Origin: Verrucomicrobiota bacterium
GTDB lineage: Bacteria > Verrucomicrobiota > Verrucomicrobiia > Opitutales > Opitutaceae
Direction of reading: 5' to 3'
DNA: 64,000 nt
NCBI GenBank assembly: GCA_023457715.1
Contig: JAEWKR010000119.1
Location: forward strand, 29,531-93,530
Shown here one piece after another: positions 19,005-30,188 of this stretch (positions within the stretch are counted from its first letter, which is position 1; every line of letters starts with the position of its first letter). The notes under the pieces are model-generated. The model did no database searches and was not told the origin of the DNA. It worked only from the letters and a program-made list of their open reading frames with translations. Position numbers and translations under genes: made by a program.

Positions 19005-22000
19005 TTATCGCGCTGTCGGACGGGCCCAGCCGAGCGGGAGCAGGAACAGTGCGAGCCCCGCCGCGGCCAGCCAAAGTGCCGGCGTGAGGACGCGGGGCCA
19101 GTAGGCGAACCGGACGGTGTAATCGCCTGCCGCCGGCACGGTGATCGCCCGGAAGGCGTGATTGATCCGGAAGCACGGCACGGCCGCGCCATTGATCGTC
19201 ACCTTGAGGTCGCCCGGGGACCACGTCTCCTGCAGCACGATCAGGCCCGCCGCAGGGGCACGGACCCGGAACGTGGTGGTGTTCGCGGTGAGCCGATAGT
19301 GCGTCGCCGGCACCGCGGCGACGGCCTGGGGTGGGCGGGTGTGGGCCGCGAAGGCCGACCGGGCCTCGCGGTCGGACGAATCCCACGCGGCGAACGGTGT
19401 CTTCCGTGCGCGCAACAGATCGATGAGATGGCGCGGCGAGTCGTAGGTGGTCGCCTCGCTGACGAAGAACGCCCGGGGCCAGGTGCCTTCGCTGCGGTAC
19501 AGTTTCAGATCGTAGTCGCCGACCGGCCGGTGGGAGGGGAGGGACAACGCGCCGTCAGACGCCACGTAGCGAACGCCGACGAAATCGAGCCAGGCAGACT
19601 GGGCGGCAATCGTGCCCGGGCTGAGGCCGAACCGCCATTCGCCGGGCGTGACCAGCGCAACCGCTTCGGCCAGTTCGCGGTAGTGCCGGTTCATGATCGC
19701 ATCGGGACCGTTGATGCTTTCCACGCCGTACATGGCATTCCAGCCGTTCACGACGTTGAGATCGGTTCCGATCAGCCGGAACGGTTCGCCCCCTGAGTCG
19801 GCGCGGGCGGCTTTCATCACCGGGGACGGCGCGTTCAGGTCGGCGCGGCTCATGGGGTGCGTAAGATAGGTGTCGCCCCAGCCGAGCGGCAGATGCAAAC
19901 CGTGCCGGTACAGGAGCACGACGAGCGCGGCGATCAGGGCGACCAGACGCAGGGGGGAGCGTCCTCCCGCGCGCGGGCGGGCGGTGCGCACGAGCACGAG
20001 GAACGCGAGGACGCCGAGCGCGAGGTGCCCGGTGAAGAAACGGTGCGAGCCGATGCCTCGCAGCCACGCCATCAGCCCGTGGCCCGCGCGCCACGCTTCC
20101 GGCTGTCCCTGGAAATAAACCGCGAGCAGAGCCAGTGCGACGGCTCCGGCGATGAGCGTCCCGCGGCGAGTGGGATGCTCCATGGCCTCCCGCAGCCCCA
20201 ACCCGCCCAGGATGCAGAGCAGCACCACGGCCGGCGCGGAGAAGGTGTTGTGCACATGATAGATGCTTCGGAGCAGGGGAATGTCCGCGATCCACTCGGC
20301 GGGGACGAACCCGAAGGCCAGCGCGACGCAGCCGAGGAAGCCCCCGGCAAGGACGAGCCCGAACCGTCGGGCCAAAGGCGCAGGTCCCCGGCCGGTCACC
20401 AGCGGTTCGAGCGCCACCAAGGCACCGCCGGCAAACACCAGGTTGGCCGCGGCCAGGTAACCCCAGTGGCGCGAATGCAGTTCCACGAAGAAAAGGCTGT
20501 CGAGCAGTCCGATCCCGAACCAGCGCGGTGCCTGCCACACCTGCGGGGTCTCATAAGCGGTGACCGAGTCGCGCAGCGCGGAAAAGAACGTCAGCCACAG
20601 CGGCGCGGTGATGAGCAGCGTCACCACCGCCAGCCCGGCGAGTGTCACCGCGTCGCGGGGGCGGCTTTCCGCGGCCGACGGGCCGGGCGTGAGCAGCCAG
20701 GCAGCGGCGCCCACCGTGTTGAGCACGAGCAGAAGCGCGCAGGCTTCCTTGACCGTGCCACTGGCGACGACGGCGGCATTGGCGGCCACCAGCGTGATCA
20801 TCGCAGGCCGCCGTGCAGCCACGTAGCCGCGCACTTGCGACCGCCACGGACCGGCCGGGACGGGTGCCTCCGCCGATCGTTTTATCCAGGACACCCAACC
20901 GACGAGGATCCACGGTGAGTACGCGAAGCTGAAGACCGCCGGATGGTTGAAGCGAAAATTGAAGAAGCCGACGAAGGGTCCGGCCACCGCCGTGAGCAGG
21001 GCTGCGCGGAGACTTCCCGTGAGGCGCCAGACGATCAGTCCGAGCCCGGCGGCAAACACCAGGCGGGCGAGGACGAACTTCACATCCCACGCCCACGCCG
21101 CTCCCCGCGCGGCCACCACCATCCAGTGGAAGGGGTCGCCAATCATCGACTGGCCCTGGCCGAGCAGCGTGAGTCCTGCGGACGAGTACCGGTTCCACAG
21201 CGGCAACTCCCCGTGGTCAAACACCGCCTCGTGCTGGACGGCGCTGTACGGCACATTCTGCCACATCATGGCGGCCGGATCCGGCGTGCGCAGATCGTGG
21301 TGTGTGGCGTCGGTCTGGCCCGGCAGCGTCGGCGCAGACTGCCGCAGCAGCGGGACGATGTTGGGCGAAACAAAGCTCTTCCCCGCGAAAACGACGGGAT
21401 ACGTGGCGAGGAGAGCCGCGCCGGTCGCCGCCAACAGGATGCCTGCCCGGGGATGGGCGACCGCTGCCCGGGAAATCGTGTCGCGGCTGCGGGCCGCCAG
21501 CGCGAGGGCGAATGCGGCGGCCCAGCCGCAGAGAAAGACCGCGATCAGGGTGCGCCCTGCGCTCCACAGACGAGACCAGAACCCTTGCGCGAGCGTGAGG
21601 GGCTCGGGAAAGCTGAGCGTGAGGTAGGGATCGTTGACGCCGCTTCGGGCCACGATCTGCGCGGGGGCGCCGCGTTCGAAACGTTCGATCTGGTCGTTCG
21701 GGTGCCATTGCGCCGGCGGTAGTTCCGCCACCACGGCACCTCGCGGGGCGAGGATGCGCGGGGGCGAGAAGGTGACGGAGCCTTCGCCATCAATCGGGTC
21801 GAAGCGCAACGCCCGGTACGTTCCCGCGGGCAGCGGGAAGCGCAGCCGCTGTGGGTGCGACGCGGCAACGACCAGCCCGGCCGAGTCTTTTTCACTCAGC
21901 CCGGCGCCGGTGTCGAAGTAGAGCTGGGCCCGTCCTGCCACTGAGGATATGACCTCCGTTTCGAGGAAGAACGTGGCGGCGGCATGGTGCGCCCGCCAGG

Positions 22001-22085
22001 CGCCGAGCGCGAGGGCCAGCGTGAGCGAGACGATGCCGGCCCAGCCGGCCAGGACCCAGGCGGACGGCGGGGGGCGGCGCTTCAC
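19005..22085 (-). CDS. YfhO-like multi-pass membrane protein (putative GT-C glycosyltransferase), paralog 1
   Basis: Many TM helices; [22 protein letters not shown]-terminal [10 protein letters not shown]...VRFAYWP; GTG start overlaps the upstream TGA. Confidence 0.78.
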   Translation of the reverse strand: MKRRPPPSAWVLAGWAGIVSLTLALALGAWRAHHAAATFFLETEVISSVAGRAQLYFDTGAGLSEKDSAGLVVAASHPQRLRFPLPAGTYRALRFDPIDGEGSVTFSPPRILAPRGAVVAELPPAQWHPNDQIERFERGAPAQIVARSGVNDPYLTLSFPEPLTLAQGFWSRLWSAGRTLIAVFLCGWAAAFALALAARSRDTISRAAVAHPRAGILLAATGAALLATYPVVFAGKSFVSPNIVPLLRQSAPTLPGQTDATHHDLRTPDPAAMMWQNVPYSAVQHEAVFDHGELPLWNRYSSAGLTLLGQGQSMIGDPFHWMVVAARGAAWAWDVKFVLARLVFAAGLGLIVWRLTGSLRAALLTAVAGPFVGFFNFRFNHPAVFSFAYSPWILVGWVSWIKRSAEAPVPAGPWRSQVRGYVAARRPAMITLVAANAAVVASGTVKEACALLLVLNTVGAAAWLLTPGPSAAESRPRDAVTLAGLAVVTLLITAPLWLTFFSALRDSVTAYETPQVWQAPRWFGIGLLDSLFFVELHSRHWGYLAAANLVFAGGALVALEPLVTGRGPAPLARRFGLVLAGGFLGCVALAFGFVPAEWIADIPLLRSIYHVHNTFSAPAVVLLCILGGLGLREAMEHPTRRGTLIAGAVALALLAVYFQGQPEAWRAGHGLMAWLRGIGSHRFFTGHLALGVLAFLVLVRTARPRAGGRSPLRLVALIAALVVLLYRHGLHLPLGWGDTYLTHPMSRADLNAPSPVMKAARADSGGEPFRLIGTDLNVVNGWNAMYGVESINGPDAIMNRHYRELAEAVALVTPGEWRFGLSPGTIAAQSAWLDFVGVRYVASDGALSLPSHRPVGDYDLKLYRSEGTWPRAFFVSEATTYDSPRHLIDLLRARKTPFAAWDSSDREARSAFAAHTRPPQAVAAVPATHYRLTANTTTFRVRAPAAGLIVLQETWSPGDLKVTINGAAVPCFRINHAFRAITVPAAGDYTVRFAYWPRVLTPALWLAAAGLALFLLPLGWARPTAR

Positions 22086-22834
22086 AGGGGACCGAAGCGC
22101 GATTTGCCCCACGCGATCAGCCACGTGATGGGGTCGCGAAACATCGAGATCTTCTTGCCCTCCTTGAACGAGCGCGACCGGTAGCTGATCGGGATCTCGA
22201 TCGGCCGATGCCCTTTGCGGATCAGCTTGATCAACAGTTCCCAGTCGAAATCGAACCGGTTGCACTCGAAGGTGAGTCCTTCGAGGCATGACCGGCGGAA
22301 CACCTTGTACATCGTGAACGGATCGCGCAGCCAGATGCCGAGCGACACGTTGATCAACAGGGTGAAGCCCCAGTGCGCGCAGTTGAGGATCAGGGCCTGC
22401 AGCGGCTGGTCCGAGAACTTGCGGATGGCCCAGCCGCCGGTGCCGTGGCGGGAACCGAGCACGAACTCCTGCCGACCGGCGGCGATGGGCGCCAGGAGGA
22501 TGTCGTAATCCTCCAGGTCATATTCGAGATCCGCGTCCTGGATGAGGATCACATCCCCCGTCGCATGCGTGAGACCCTCGCGGACCGCGTGCCCCTTCCC
22601 CCGCGGCCGGTCCTGGAGGATCAGCTTTACCTTGGGATGCTCCTGGAACGGCAGGACGATATCACGGGTGCCGTCGGTCGAGTTGCTCTCGACCATGATG
22701 ATTTCGAGCCGCCACCCCGGAATTTCCTTGGCCACGATGGCGTCCAGCGCGGCCTTGGCGGTGGCGGCCTCGTTGTAGATCGGTACGATGACGGAGAGGA
22801 CCCCGTTCTGAAGGGGAGCAAACGGAGGCGACAT
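22082..22834 (-). CDS. GT2 polyprenol-phosphate glycosyltransferase (DPM-synthase-like)
   Basis: LSVIVPIYNE, STDGT, GKGHAVREG, IQDADLEYD, EIPISYRSRSFKEGKKI. Confidence 0.88.
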   Translation of the reverse strand: MSPPFAPLQNGVLSVIVPIYNEAATAKAALDAIVAKEIPGWRLEIIMVESNSTDGTRDIVLPFQEHPKVKLILQDRPRGKGHAVREGLTHATGDVILIQDADLEYDLEDYDILLAPIAAGRQEFVLGSRHGTGGWAIRKFSDQPLQALILNCAHWGFTLLINVSLGIWLRDPFTMYKVFRRSCLEGLTFECNRFDFDWELLIKLIRKGHRPIEIPISYRSRSFKEGKKISMFRDPITWLIAWGKSRFGPL

Positions 22835-22836
22835 GA

Positions 22837-23757
22837 TCAGGAACGAAGCGGCTTGGTGGCGCACGGCATCGCGGAAACGCCGTAGGCGGCGTCGATCATC
22901 CAGCGCAGCGGCGGCAGCCCCAGTGCAAGATTGGTCAGCCGGAGCACCGCGCCCGACTGGGGCAGCGCCCGCAGGACCTTGAAGCGAATCGCGCCGCGGT
23001 AGCGCACCGAAATCGGCTCGAGTCCAGCCGCGCGGTAAACGCGGGTGAGGGCGGTCGGATTGAACAGGCTCACATGAATCTCCGGAATGCAGTAGCGGTG
23101 ATGGATGCCCCCGCGCCGCGGAATCGGAGCCTCGAGGTTTCCGGTCGTCAGCAGCAGCAGCCCGCCCGGTTTCAACAGGCGCGCGACGAGCGCGATCGCC
23201 TCCGCCGGTTCCGGCAGGTGCTCGATCACCTCGATCATCGTGATCACGTCATACTGGTCGCTGGGCGCCGCCGAGATTTGCTGGAAGTCGAGGATGCGGA
23301 AGCCGTCCTGGTCCCGGAGGAGTTCGGCGTACGCACCGACGTCGTGGCCGGTGATCTCGACCGGTCGTTGCGCGATCCGGCCGCGTTCGCGGAGGTATTT
23401 CAGCAGTCCGCCGGCACCGCAGCCGAAATCGAGCCAGTGGACGGGGCCACGCTCCGCGGGGGCGCGTTGACGCAGGAAGTCTTCGGCGAGCCGGGCAAGG
23501 TCGTGGAACTCGTGCCGGCGATGGGTGGCGCGCCAGTTCCGGTACTCGTTTTCGTAATTCACCAGCGAATCCGGCCCCTCGCCGCGGTAGTACGCGGCGT
23601 CGTAAATCGCAAAACCCGAGAACGGCTCGACGGCCATGAAGCGGCAGTCCGCGCAGGCGTAGAAGGAGTACTCCTGCCGGATGAATTCGCCCTGCTTGCG
23701 CCCGCGGAGTGCGACCCGCGGGCTGCCACAGGCACGACATTTCGGTGGTGGAGTCAT
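22837..23757 (-). CDS. Class I SAM-dependent methyltransferase with N-terminal CxxC...CxxC
   Basis: CRAC...CADC; LDFGCGAG; YDVITMIEVIEHL; LLKPGG. Confidence 0.88.
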   Translation of the reverse strand: MTPPPKCRACGSPRVALRGRKQGEFIRQEYSFYACADCRFMAVEPFSGFAIYDAAYYRGEGPDSLVNYENEYRNWRATHRRHEFHDLARLAEDFLRQRAPAERGPVHWLDFGCGAGGLLKYLRERGRIAQRPVEITGHDVGAYAELLRDQDGFRILDFQQISAAPSDQYDVITMIEVIEHLPEPAEAIALVARLLKPGGLLLLTTGNLEAPIPRRGGIHHRYCIPEIHVSLFNPTALTRVYRAAGLEPISVRYRGAIRFKVLRALPQSGAVLRLTNLALGLPPLRWMIDAAYGVSAMPCATKPLRS

Positions 23758-26700
23758 CAGCGAACGTACGATCCAGAAGACTTGTCGGGCCGGGCCAACA
23801 CAATTCCATCGCGCTGGGCGCCGCGGCGACGCGTGACCCCAAGGACCACCGCCGCGCTGCCGGCCAGGAGGATGAACCCGGCGCCCGCCAGGGCCGCGTT
23901 TCGATACCAGCCCTTGGGCACATAGCGCACCTCGACCTGATAGGTGCCAGGGGCATTCACGGCGACTCCGATGAAGGCGTGATTCACCCGCAGCAGCTTT
24001 TGCTTGGCGCCGTTCAGAAGGATCCGGACATCCCCGGGCCAGTTCGCCTCCGTCAGCGCAATCACGCCCGGCGCCGTGGCCTGCACCGAAAAGCGCGTGG
24101 TGGCTTCAGTGAGGTGGTAGTCCGTGGCCGGGACAAACGTGCCGCGGGACCCTGCGGCGGTCGCGAGACCCGGTAGTGCCAGAGCGGCCGCATCCTCGGG
24201 CTGGATACCCGCCACGGGGCGGCCGTTCGCGGTGCGCAGCACCTCGATCAGCTCTGGCAACGTGGCGTGGACGAAGACGCGATCGGTGAAGAAAGCGCGG
24301 GGCCAGGCCGTGGGGCTCTCGTGGACGTTCAGATCGCCCGAGAAGACCTTCGGCAGCACCCGTTCCAGCGCCGCGGAATGCTCCGGCGCGGTCACGTAGT
24401 AGCGCACATTCAAGGCGTCGAGGAAGGGCCGGGCGCCACCCGCCGCGTCGGGTGCGACGGACAGGCGCCAGTCCCAGATCCGCTCGATCGGTTTCATGGC
24501 GCTCAGGAGCTCCCGATACGTCCGGTTCATCAACGCGTCCGGCCCGTGGACGGTCTCGAGCTGGTATGTCGCGTTCCAGCCGGGAAAGAGCGAAGACCCG
24601 ATGCCAAAGACACGCGCCGGGGCCGTGCGCTGGGCCGAGCGCAGGAAGTGGACGGCGGGCGACGGGGCCTGGAAGGAGGCCCGGGGGCCGGGTTGAACGA
24701 CATACGCGTCGTAGCCCGCCGCCGGGTGATGCAGCCCGTGCCGCCAGCACAGCACCAGCGCGGCGGCGACGATCAGGATCGTGGCGGGCGTTCCGAATCG
24801 GCCGGCGAGCCGGCCGCGTCGCACCACGAGCGCGAGCACGCCCATCGCGGCGGCCAGCGAGCCAATGTAAGCCCAGATGAAGGGGGAGACCGGAAGGGAA
24901 TGGGCGTCGTCGTTCACCGTGATGGCGGTGCCGTAGACGGGACGATGAATGGCCTGCGCGAAGCCGATCCAGGCGGCGGCGACGAGCGACAGCAGCACCG
25001 TCATTGCGATCAGATCGCCGCGCCCTGCGGTCGTGCCCAGGCGGCGGAAGGCGCGGGCAAAACCGACGCCCGCGAGGAGCGTCCACAGCACGATCAGCAC
25101 GCAGCTGAACGTGTTGTCCACGTGCACGACGTTGCCGAGAAAGGGCAGTCGCTCGATCCAGTGCGGCGGGACCACGCCGAACACGAGTGCGGCGGGGAGC
25201 AGCGAGGCCAGCGCCAGCGCGTCAATGATCCGGCTCCGACCTGCATCGCGGAGGGTGACCACAAAGTAGGCCCAGCCGAGCAGAAACAGGGCGTTCAGCG
25301 AGGGGTTGAATGTCATGAGCCCCGGCATCAGCGGCCGGTAGAACACCTCGTCGAACAACCCCAGGAGGAGAGACGGCTGCAGCTGGTACGCCTTCACAGC
25401 GTTGTAGGACGTATAAGCGTGCCGCAAATCGTGCAGGAAGGTGGCCCAGAGCGGCGCCGTGATCAGGGCGAACAGGAGCCCCGCCCAGGCGAGCAGCGCG
25501 ATTTTGACGAGGGCGTTCCTCCGGTCGGCACCGGGAAGCGGCGTTCTGCCGGCGGCCGCGGCGAGCAGCACCACCGCCCCGACGCCATTCAGGGTGATCA
25601 GCAGCATGTAGGCTTCCTTTGCCGTGCCGCTGGTCATGACGGCGAGGTTGGCGAGCATGAGCCCTCCGACCGCCGCCGCCGTCTCGCGCCACCCGGGCGA
25701 GGACACCACGCGGAGCCAGCAGTAGAGAATCCAGGGCGAGTAGCAGAGGCTGAAGCAGGCTGGGTGGTTGATCCGGTTGACGAAAAATCCGATGAAGGGC
25801 GCCGCGGCCGTGACGAGGAGCGCCGCCACGTGGACGGCACGATCCGCGGCTGCGCCCGGCCGCTCGAGTCGCAGGAGGCGGAGGACGGTGAGCCCCAGGC
25901 CCGCCGCCCACAGCCACTTTGCGAGCAGGTACTTCACGTCCCACGCCCAGGCGGCGCCGCCCGCCGCCAACACCACCAGATGGAGAGGATCGCCGACCAT
26001 CGACTGTCCCTGACCGAGCAGGGGCGTGCCGGCGCTGTTGTAACGATTCCAAACCGGCACTTCCCCCTGTCGCCACGCGCTGGCCTGGACGACAGACTGC
26101 GGGACGTGCTGCAGCATGATCGCGCCCGTGTCGGCGCCCATGGTCTCGGTGCGCGTCCGATCCTGATAGCCGGGGAGGGTGGGCAGGGTCTCGTACAGCA
26201 GCGGCGTGCCGTGGTTGGGCGAGACATGACTGCGGCCGAAAAAGAGCACGGGATAGGCACTGGCAGCGACGGCGACGGCCGCCACCAGCAGGATGCGTCG
26301 CGAGACCGGCTGGCCGCCGCCGCCGTCTGGTTCACCGCTGCTGCCATACCGGCGCGGCCGGAGGAAGCGACGTCGCGCGAAAAACCAGCTGCCGGTGGCC
26401 AGCGCGCCGAGCGCGGCCGCGGAGAGGATCGCCCACCGCGCCGCGTCTGCGGGCAGCCAATCCGTCCAGCCCGGCTCCAGCACCAGCGGGTCATTCAGCG
26501 CCACGCGCAGCTGCGGGTCATTCGTGCCCGCGACGGGCACGAGTTCGAGCCGGGGCGGGGTGGCGGGGGTGAGGGTGGCCGCGGCGATCCCGTGCAAGGG
26601 AGCGAGGGTGTCCAGAGCCAGAGTGCGCACGAGTCTCCCGCGGCGATCCACGATCCGCAGCGATTCGAGCTGCACGGGCGCATCGCCATCGGTCGGATCA

Positions 26701-26972
26701 AAGCGGAGCTGGCGATGGGTTCCCGGCGGCAGGGGAAGCCGCAGGGTGGTCATGCGTTCGGTCACGGTCAGCGCCACGGAAGATGCGTCGGTCTCATTGA
26801 AGCCGGCGCCGCGGTCGAAATAGACCTGGGCGCGGCCCGGCGCGGTTGAGCGCATCCTGACCTCCAGCCCAAACAGCTCGGGCTCCGACTGACTCAGGGG
26901 GCTGAACGGAACGCAAAACAGCGCGCTCAACAGCGCGACGGCGAGGAGCGTTCCGGCCGAAAACAGCTTCAT
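23757..26972 (-). CDS. YfhO-like multi-pass membrane protein (putative GT-C glycosyltransferase), paralog 2
   Basis: Shares [43 protein letters not shown] with paralog 1; alternative start TTG 27035. Confidence 0.78.
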   Translation of the reverse strand: MKLFSAGTLLAVALLSALFCVPFSPLSQSEPELFGLEVRMRSTAPGRAQVYFDRGAGFNETDASSVALTVTERMTTLRLPLPPGTHRQLRFDPTDGDAPVQLESLRIVDRRGRLVRTLALDTLAPLHGIAAATLTPATPPRLELVPVAGTNDPQLRVALNDPLVLEPGWTDWLPADAARWAILSAAALGALATGSWFFARRRFLRPRRYGSSGEPDGGGGQPVSRRILLVAAVAVAASAYPVLFFGRSHVSPNHGTPLLYETLPTLPGYQDRTRTETMGADTGAIMLQHVPQSVVQASAWRQGEVPVWNRYNSAGTPLLGQGQSMVGDPLHLVVLAAGGAAWAWDVKYLLAKWLWAAGLGLTVLRLLRLERPGAAADRAVHVAALLVTAAAPFIGFFVNRINHPACFSLCYSPWILYCWLRVVSSPGWRETAAAVGGLMLANLAVMTSGTAKEAYMLLITLNGVGAVVLLAAAAGRTPLPGADRRNALVKIALLAWAGLLFALITAPLWATFLHDLRHAYTSYNAVKAYQLQPSLLLGLFDEVFYRPLMPGLMTFNPSLNALFLLGWAYFVVTLRDAGRSRIIDALALASLLPAALVFGVVPPHWIERLPFLGNVVHVDNTFSCVLIVLWTLLAGVGFARAFRRLGTTAGRGDLIAMTVLLSLVAAAWIGFAQAIHRPVYGTAITVNDDAHSLPVSPFIWAYIGSLAAAMGVLALVVRRGRLAGRFGTPATILIVAAALVLCWRHGLHHPAAGYDAYVVQPGPRASFQAPSPAVHFLRSAQRTAPARVFGIGSSLFPGWNATYQLETVHGPDALMNRTYRELLSAMKPIERIWDWRLSVAPDAAGGARPFLDALNVRYYVTAPEHSAALERVLPKVFSGDLNVHESPTAWPRAFFTDRVFVHATLPELIEVLRTANGRPVAGIQPEDAAALALPGLATAAGSRGTFVPATDYHLTEATTRFSVQATAPGVIALTEANWPGDVRILLNGAKQKLLRVNHAFIGVAVNAPGTYQVEVRYVPKGWYRNAALAGAGFILLAGSAAVVLGVTRRRGAQRDGIVLARPDKSSGSYVR

Positions 26973-27038
26973 GGAGGCGACGAGTTTCCGGCGGACGAGC
27001 CCCGGCGACAAGGCTTTACCCGCCGTCGGGCTCAAGGC

Positions 27039-27836
27039 TCACAACTTCCGGGCGTCGGGTCGCAGGCCCTTCGCGCCAAAGCGGGCGCGCAGCCGGGCGC
27101 CGAAGGGCTTGTGCACCCGCGCGACCACGAGAAATCCGATGGGGTTGGACGCGGGAAAAAACTCGTGCACTTCCAGCACCTCGATGCGACCGGGCCAAAC
27201 CTGCTCGCGATTGCCCAGCTCGATGAGGTCACGCGCAACCTGGCTTTCGAAGACGTGGAAGTGGATGTTGATTTCCAGGCCATGCTGGACGGCGTGGCGG
27301 TAGCCGTTCGCGAGTTCTTCGCGTGCGCGGGCTTCGTCTGCCGGCGGGGTGGCGGGGGAGAACTGCGACCAGTCGATCCCGAAGACAAAATCGTCAATGT
27401 GCGTGCCGTCGGATTGGGTGGTGCCGCGCCGGTAATCGTCGAGGAAATGGGGGGCGGCGGTGAGTTCGCGCCGGTGGTCGAAGGTCTTCCGGCGGTCGGG
27501 CACGACCATGTAGATGATCCCTCCCGGCGCCAGCACGCGGTGCCATTCGCGCAGCGCGGACAACGGGTTGGCGACATGCTCCAGCACGTGGGACGAGGCG
27601 ACATAGTTCAGCGACGAATCCAGAAAGGGCAGGTCACAGGCGTCGCCGTAGTAATCGGCCAGCGTGCGTTCGCCGGCGTATTCGCCGAAGCGATCGACGT
27701 ACACCGGTTTGATTCCAGGGATCGGGGTTTTGAACGCGCCGATCTCGACGCCAGGTTCGTGCAGAAAGCGGGGGACAAGGTCCAGGTGGTCCATGGAGGC
27801 GGCGGAGAGCTTGTGCAGCGGACGGTCCCGCCTCAA
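27039..27836 (-). CDS. SAM-dependent methyltransferase
   Basis: GVEIGA, DACDLPF, SSHVLEHVANP, EWHRVLAPGG, VPDRRKTFD. Confidence 0.82.
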   Translation of the reverse strand: MRRDRPLHKLSAASMDHLDLVPRFLHEPGVEIGAFKTPIPGIKPVYVDRFGEYAGERTLADYYGDACDLPFLDSSLNYVASSHVLEHVANPLSALREWHRVLAPGGIIYMVVPDRRKTFDHRRELTAAPHFLDDYRRGTTQSDGTHIDDFVFGIDWSQFSPATPPADEARAREELANGYRHAVQHGLEINIHFHVFESQVARDLIELGNREQVWPGRIEVLEVHEFFPASNPIGFLVVARVHKPFGARLRARFGAKGLRPDARKL

Positions 27837-28819
27837 GCGCTCGCGATGGCGAGCAGGTGGTAGTGCAGACTGGCCCCATCCACCGTCTTCAGGGGTGCCT
27901 CGCCGTAGCCGACGACCTCCACCGACCGGAACTGGGTTCCCAGGAGTTCGGCGAGGCTGGCGCGGGAGAAAAAATTGCGGTGATCAACATCCAGCATGTG
28001 CCACGGAATGGCGAGGTGCGGGCGCCAGTAGGTGACCAGTTCCACATTGGGCACCGACACGATGAAACGTGAACGCACGACGCGACGCACCTCGGCCACA
28101 AAACTCCACGGGTCCGGCACATGCTCCAGCACCTCGATCGCCATCGCCGCGTCGAAGAACTCCGCCGCAAACGGCAGGTGGGTCCCGTCGACCTGCACGT
28201 GTGGCAGTCCCTGCTCGGCCAGGCGGGCGCAGTCGTCCGCTTTGATCTCCGCGCCCTGCCACGCATAGCCGCGGGTCTGCAGCGGCGCCGCATACGAGCC
28301 GCGACCGCAGCCGACATCGAGGACGCGCGCCGGCGCGGGCGGCAGATAACGCTCCAGGAACATCAGCAGTTCCGCGCTGGCCGCCTCCTGCGAGGGCCCG
28401 CTGTTGAACATGTGCTCCCGCCGGACCAGATGCTTGAAGGCGCGGTCCACGAGAATCCCCCAGTCGCCCTTGCGATGGTCGGTCGGGGCGAGACGTATTT
28501 CCCGGGAAAGGATTCGGGTCCGGGTCCCGTCGTTCCACACCGCGAAGATGTCCAGCGGCGTCGAGGCGCGGCCCAGCATGGTCGAGGCGTCCACGACCAG
28601 GGTGAACCCGGTGCGGACTTGCTCAGGCAGGTTCAGGGCGGCGCAAACATCGCTGCGGCCGTAGAGCAATTCCGTCCGGCCCAGTGTGCCGGTGGCGCCG
28701 TCCACCTCGATGGCGGCCAGTTCGGGGTGCCGCTGCTCGCCAAAGAACCAGCCGCTGACCTGCACCCGGAGCGGATCGCTCAGGGTGTGTGCGGCGGGGT
28801 GGTCCAGCGCGGCGGGCAT
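27833..28819 (-). CDS. SAM-dependent methyltransferase with N-terminal beta-rich accessory domain
   Basis: VLDVGCGRG, DGTHLPF, FDAAMAIEVLEHV. Confidence 0.85.
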   Translation of the reverse strand: MPAALDHPAAHTLSDPLRVQVSGWFFGEQRHPELAAIEVDGATGTLGRTELLYGRSDVCAALNLPEQVRTGFTLVVDASTMLGRASTPLDIFAVWNDGTRTRILSREIRLAPTDHRKGDWGILVDRAFKHLVRREHMFNSGPSQEAASAELLMFLERYLPPAPARVLDVGCGRGSYAAPLQTRGYAWQGAEIKADDCARLAEQGLPHVQVDGTHLPFAAEFFDAAMAIEVLEHVPDPWSFVAEVRRVVRSRFIVSVPNVELVTYWRPHLAIPWHMLDVDHRNFFSRASLAELLGTQFRSVEVVGYGEAPLKTVDGASLHYHLLAIASA

Positions 28820-28877
28820 GGCCGTAGCAAGCCACGCGCACGAACGCAGTCGATGCGGAAACGCGACGGTTCTCGAA

Positions 28878-28946
28878 CCGCGTTCTCTCGAACGCAGCTA
28901 CGATTGATCACGCGCCGCCTGCGTAGCTGCGCTCGAGCGCGCGCGG
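28878..28946. repeat. Divergent GTAG-type REP doublet
   Basis: Minus strand GTAGCTGCGTTCGAGAGAACGCGG (28901-28878); plus strand GTAGCTGCGCTCGAGCGCGCGCGG (28923-28946). Confidence 0.7.
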
Positions 28947-28999
28947 CGCAACCGGTTATTCGCTTGTCCGCGTCGGCCCGTGCGGCAGCTTCACCGCCA

Positions 29000-30121
29000 A
29001 TGAACGAACGGGTCGCCGGCCTGGATCTGCTGCGGGCGCTCGCCATCCTCGGCGTGCTCCTGGCGCACACCCTGCCGTTTCTTTACTCGCATGAGTGGCG
29101 CTTCGCCTACGGCGGTCACCTCGGGTCAATGGGCGTGGACCTGTTCTTCGTGCTGAGCGGTTACCTGATAGGCGGGATCCTCTGGCGGCTTGGACCGCGG
29201 CTCGCGTCCTGGCGCGAGGTGCGTGACTTCTGGTGCCGGCGCTGGTTGCGCACGTTGCCGGCCTTCTATGCGTTCTTTGCGCTCACGGTCGCCCTGGCGG
29301 TCTGGGCCTACGCGCGCCCGCCGGGTGTGAACGAAGCGCTGCGGGTGGCGACGTTCACCCAGAATCTCGCCTGGACGATGCCGACGATCTTTCCGGAAGC
29401 CTGGACGCTCGCGGTGGAGGAGTGGTTCTATCTGATCCTGCCGCTGGCACTGTGGGCCGGGTTGCGTTTGCGAGTGCCGTTCAAGTGGGTCTGGTGGGCC
29501 GTTCTCGGCGTCATGCTGGTGGCGCCGCTGGTGCTGCGCTGCCTGCAGGACCTGCCGACCTCATGGGGCGCGGCCACGCGCCAACCCGTGATCTTCCGAC
29601 TCGATGCGCTCGCGACCGGCGTGGCCATGGCGACGCTCCGGGCGGAATGGCCGGCTCCTTGGCGGCGTTGGCGCCACGGGGCGCTCGCCGCTGGCGTCGT
29701 CCTCGTCGTGCTCTCCTACGTGCTCCTGTATCGGCTGACACTGGACGCCTCGTGGTTCGCCAATACGCTGTGGTTCAACCTCACGAGCCTGGGCTACGCG
29801 CTGTTGCTCCCGTGGGCGTCGGAAAAGCGCCGGTTTGGCCATCGCGGGTGGGGCACCGCGGTGCGGAAGACGGCGCTGTGGTCGTACTCACTTTACTTGT
29901 GCAACGTCGGCGTCGTGGTGGCCCTGCAGCACCACTGGGAGAAGCAGATCCAGGCTTCCGCCGCCGTCGCCGCCGTGGCCGTCATCGCGGCGTGGGTCCT
30001 TGCTTTCGCGATCGCCGCCGCAGCGCACGCGGCCATCGAACGCCCGTTCCTGCGCCTGCGTGACCGCGTGACGGCCGGTCCTTCCGGCACCGAGTCGCCC
30101 GCGGTGTCACCCCGGCCGTAA
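29000..30121 (+). CDS. Acyltransferase family 3 (membrane O-acyltransferase)
   Basis: GLDLLRALAILGVLLAH, GVDLFFVLSGYLI, RRWLRTLP, WTLAVEEWFY, SYSLYL, IERPF. Confidence 0.92.
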   Translation: MNERVAGLDLLRALAILGVLLAHTLPFLYSHEWRFAYGGHLGSMGVDLFFVLSGYLIGGILWRLGPRLASWREVRDFWCRRWLRTLPAFYAFFALTVALAVWAYARPPGVNEALRVATFTQNLAWTMPTIFPEAWTLAVEEWFYLILPLALWAGLRLRVPFKWVWWAVLGVMLVAPLVLRCLQDLPTSWGAATRQPVIFRLDALATGVAMATLRAEWPAPWRRWRHGALAAGVVLVVLSYVLLYRLTLDASWFANTLWFNLTSLGYALLLPWASEKRRFGHRGWGTAVRKTALWSYSLYLCNVGVVVALQHHWEKQIQASAAVAAVAVIAAWVLAFAIAAAAHAAIERPFLRLRDRVTAGPSGTESPAVSPRP

Positions 30122-30188
30122 CCGGACGGACCAGCACGCTGGATCGCCTCCTGCGACGGTCCCCTGCTTCGAGCTTGTTCCCCACCGC

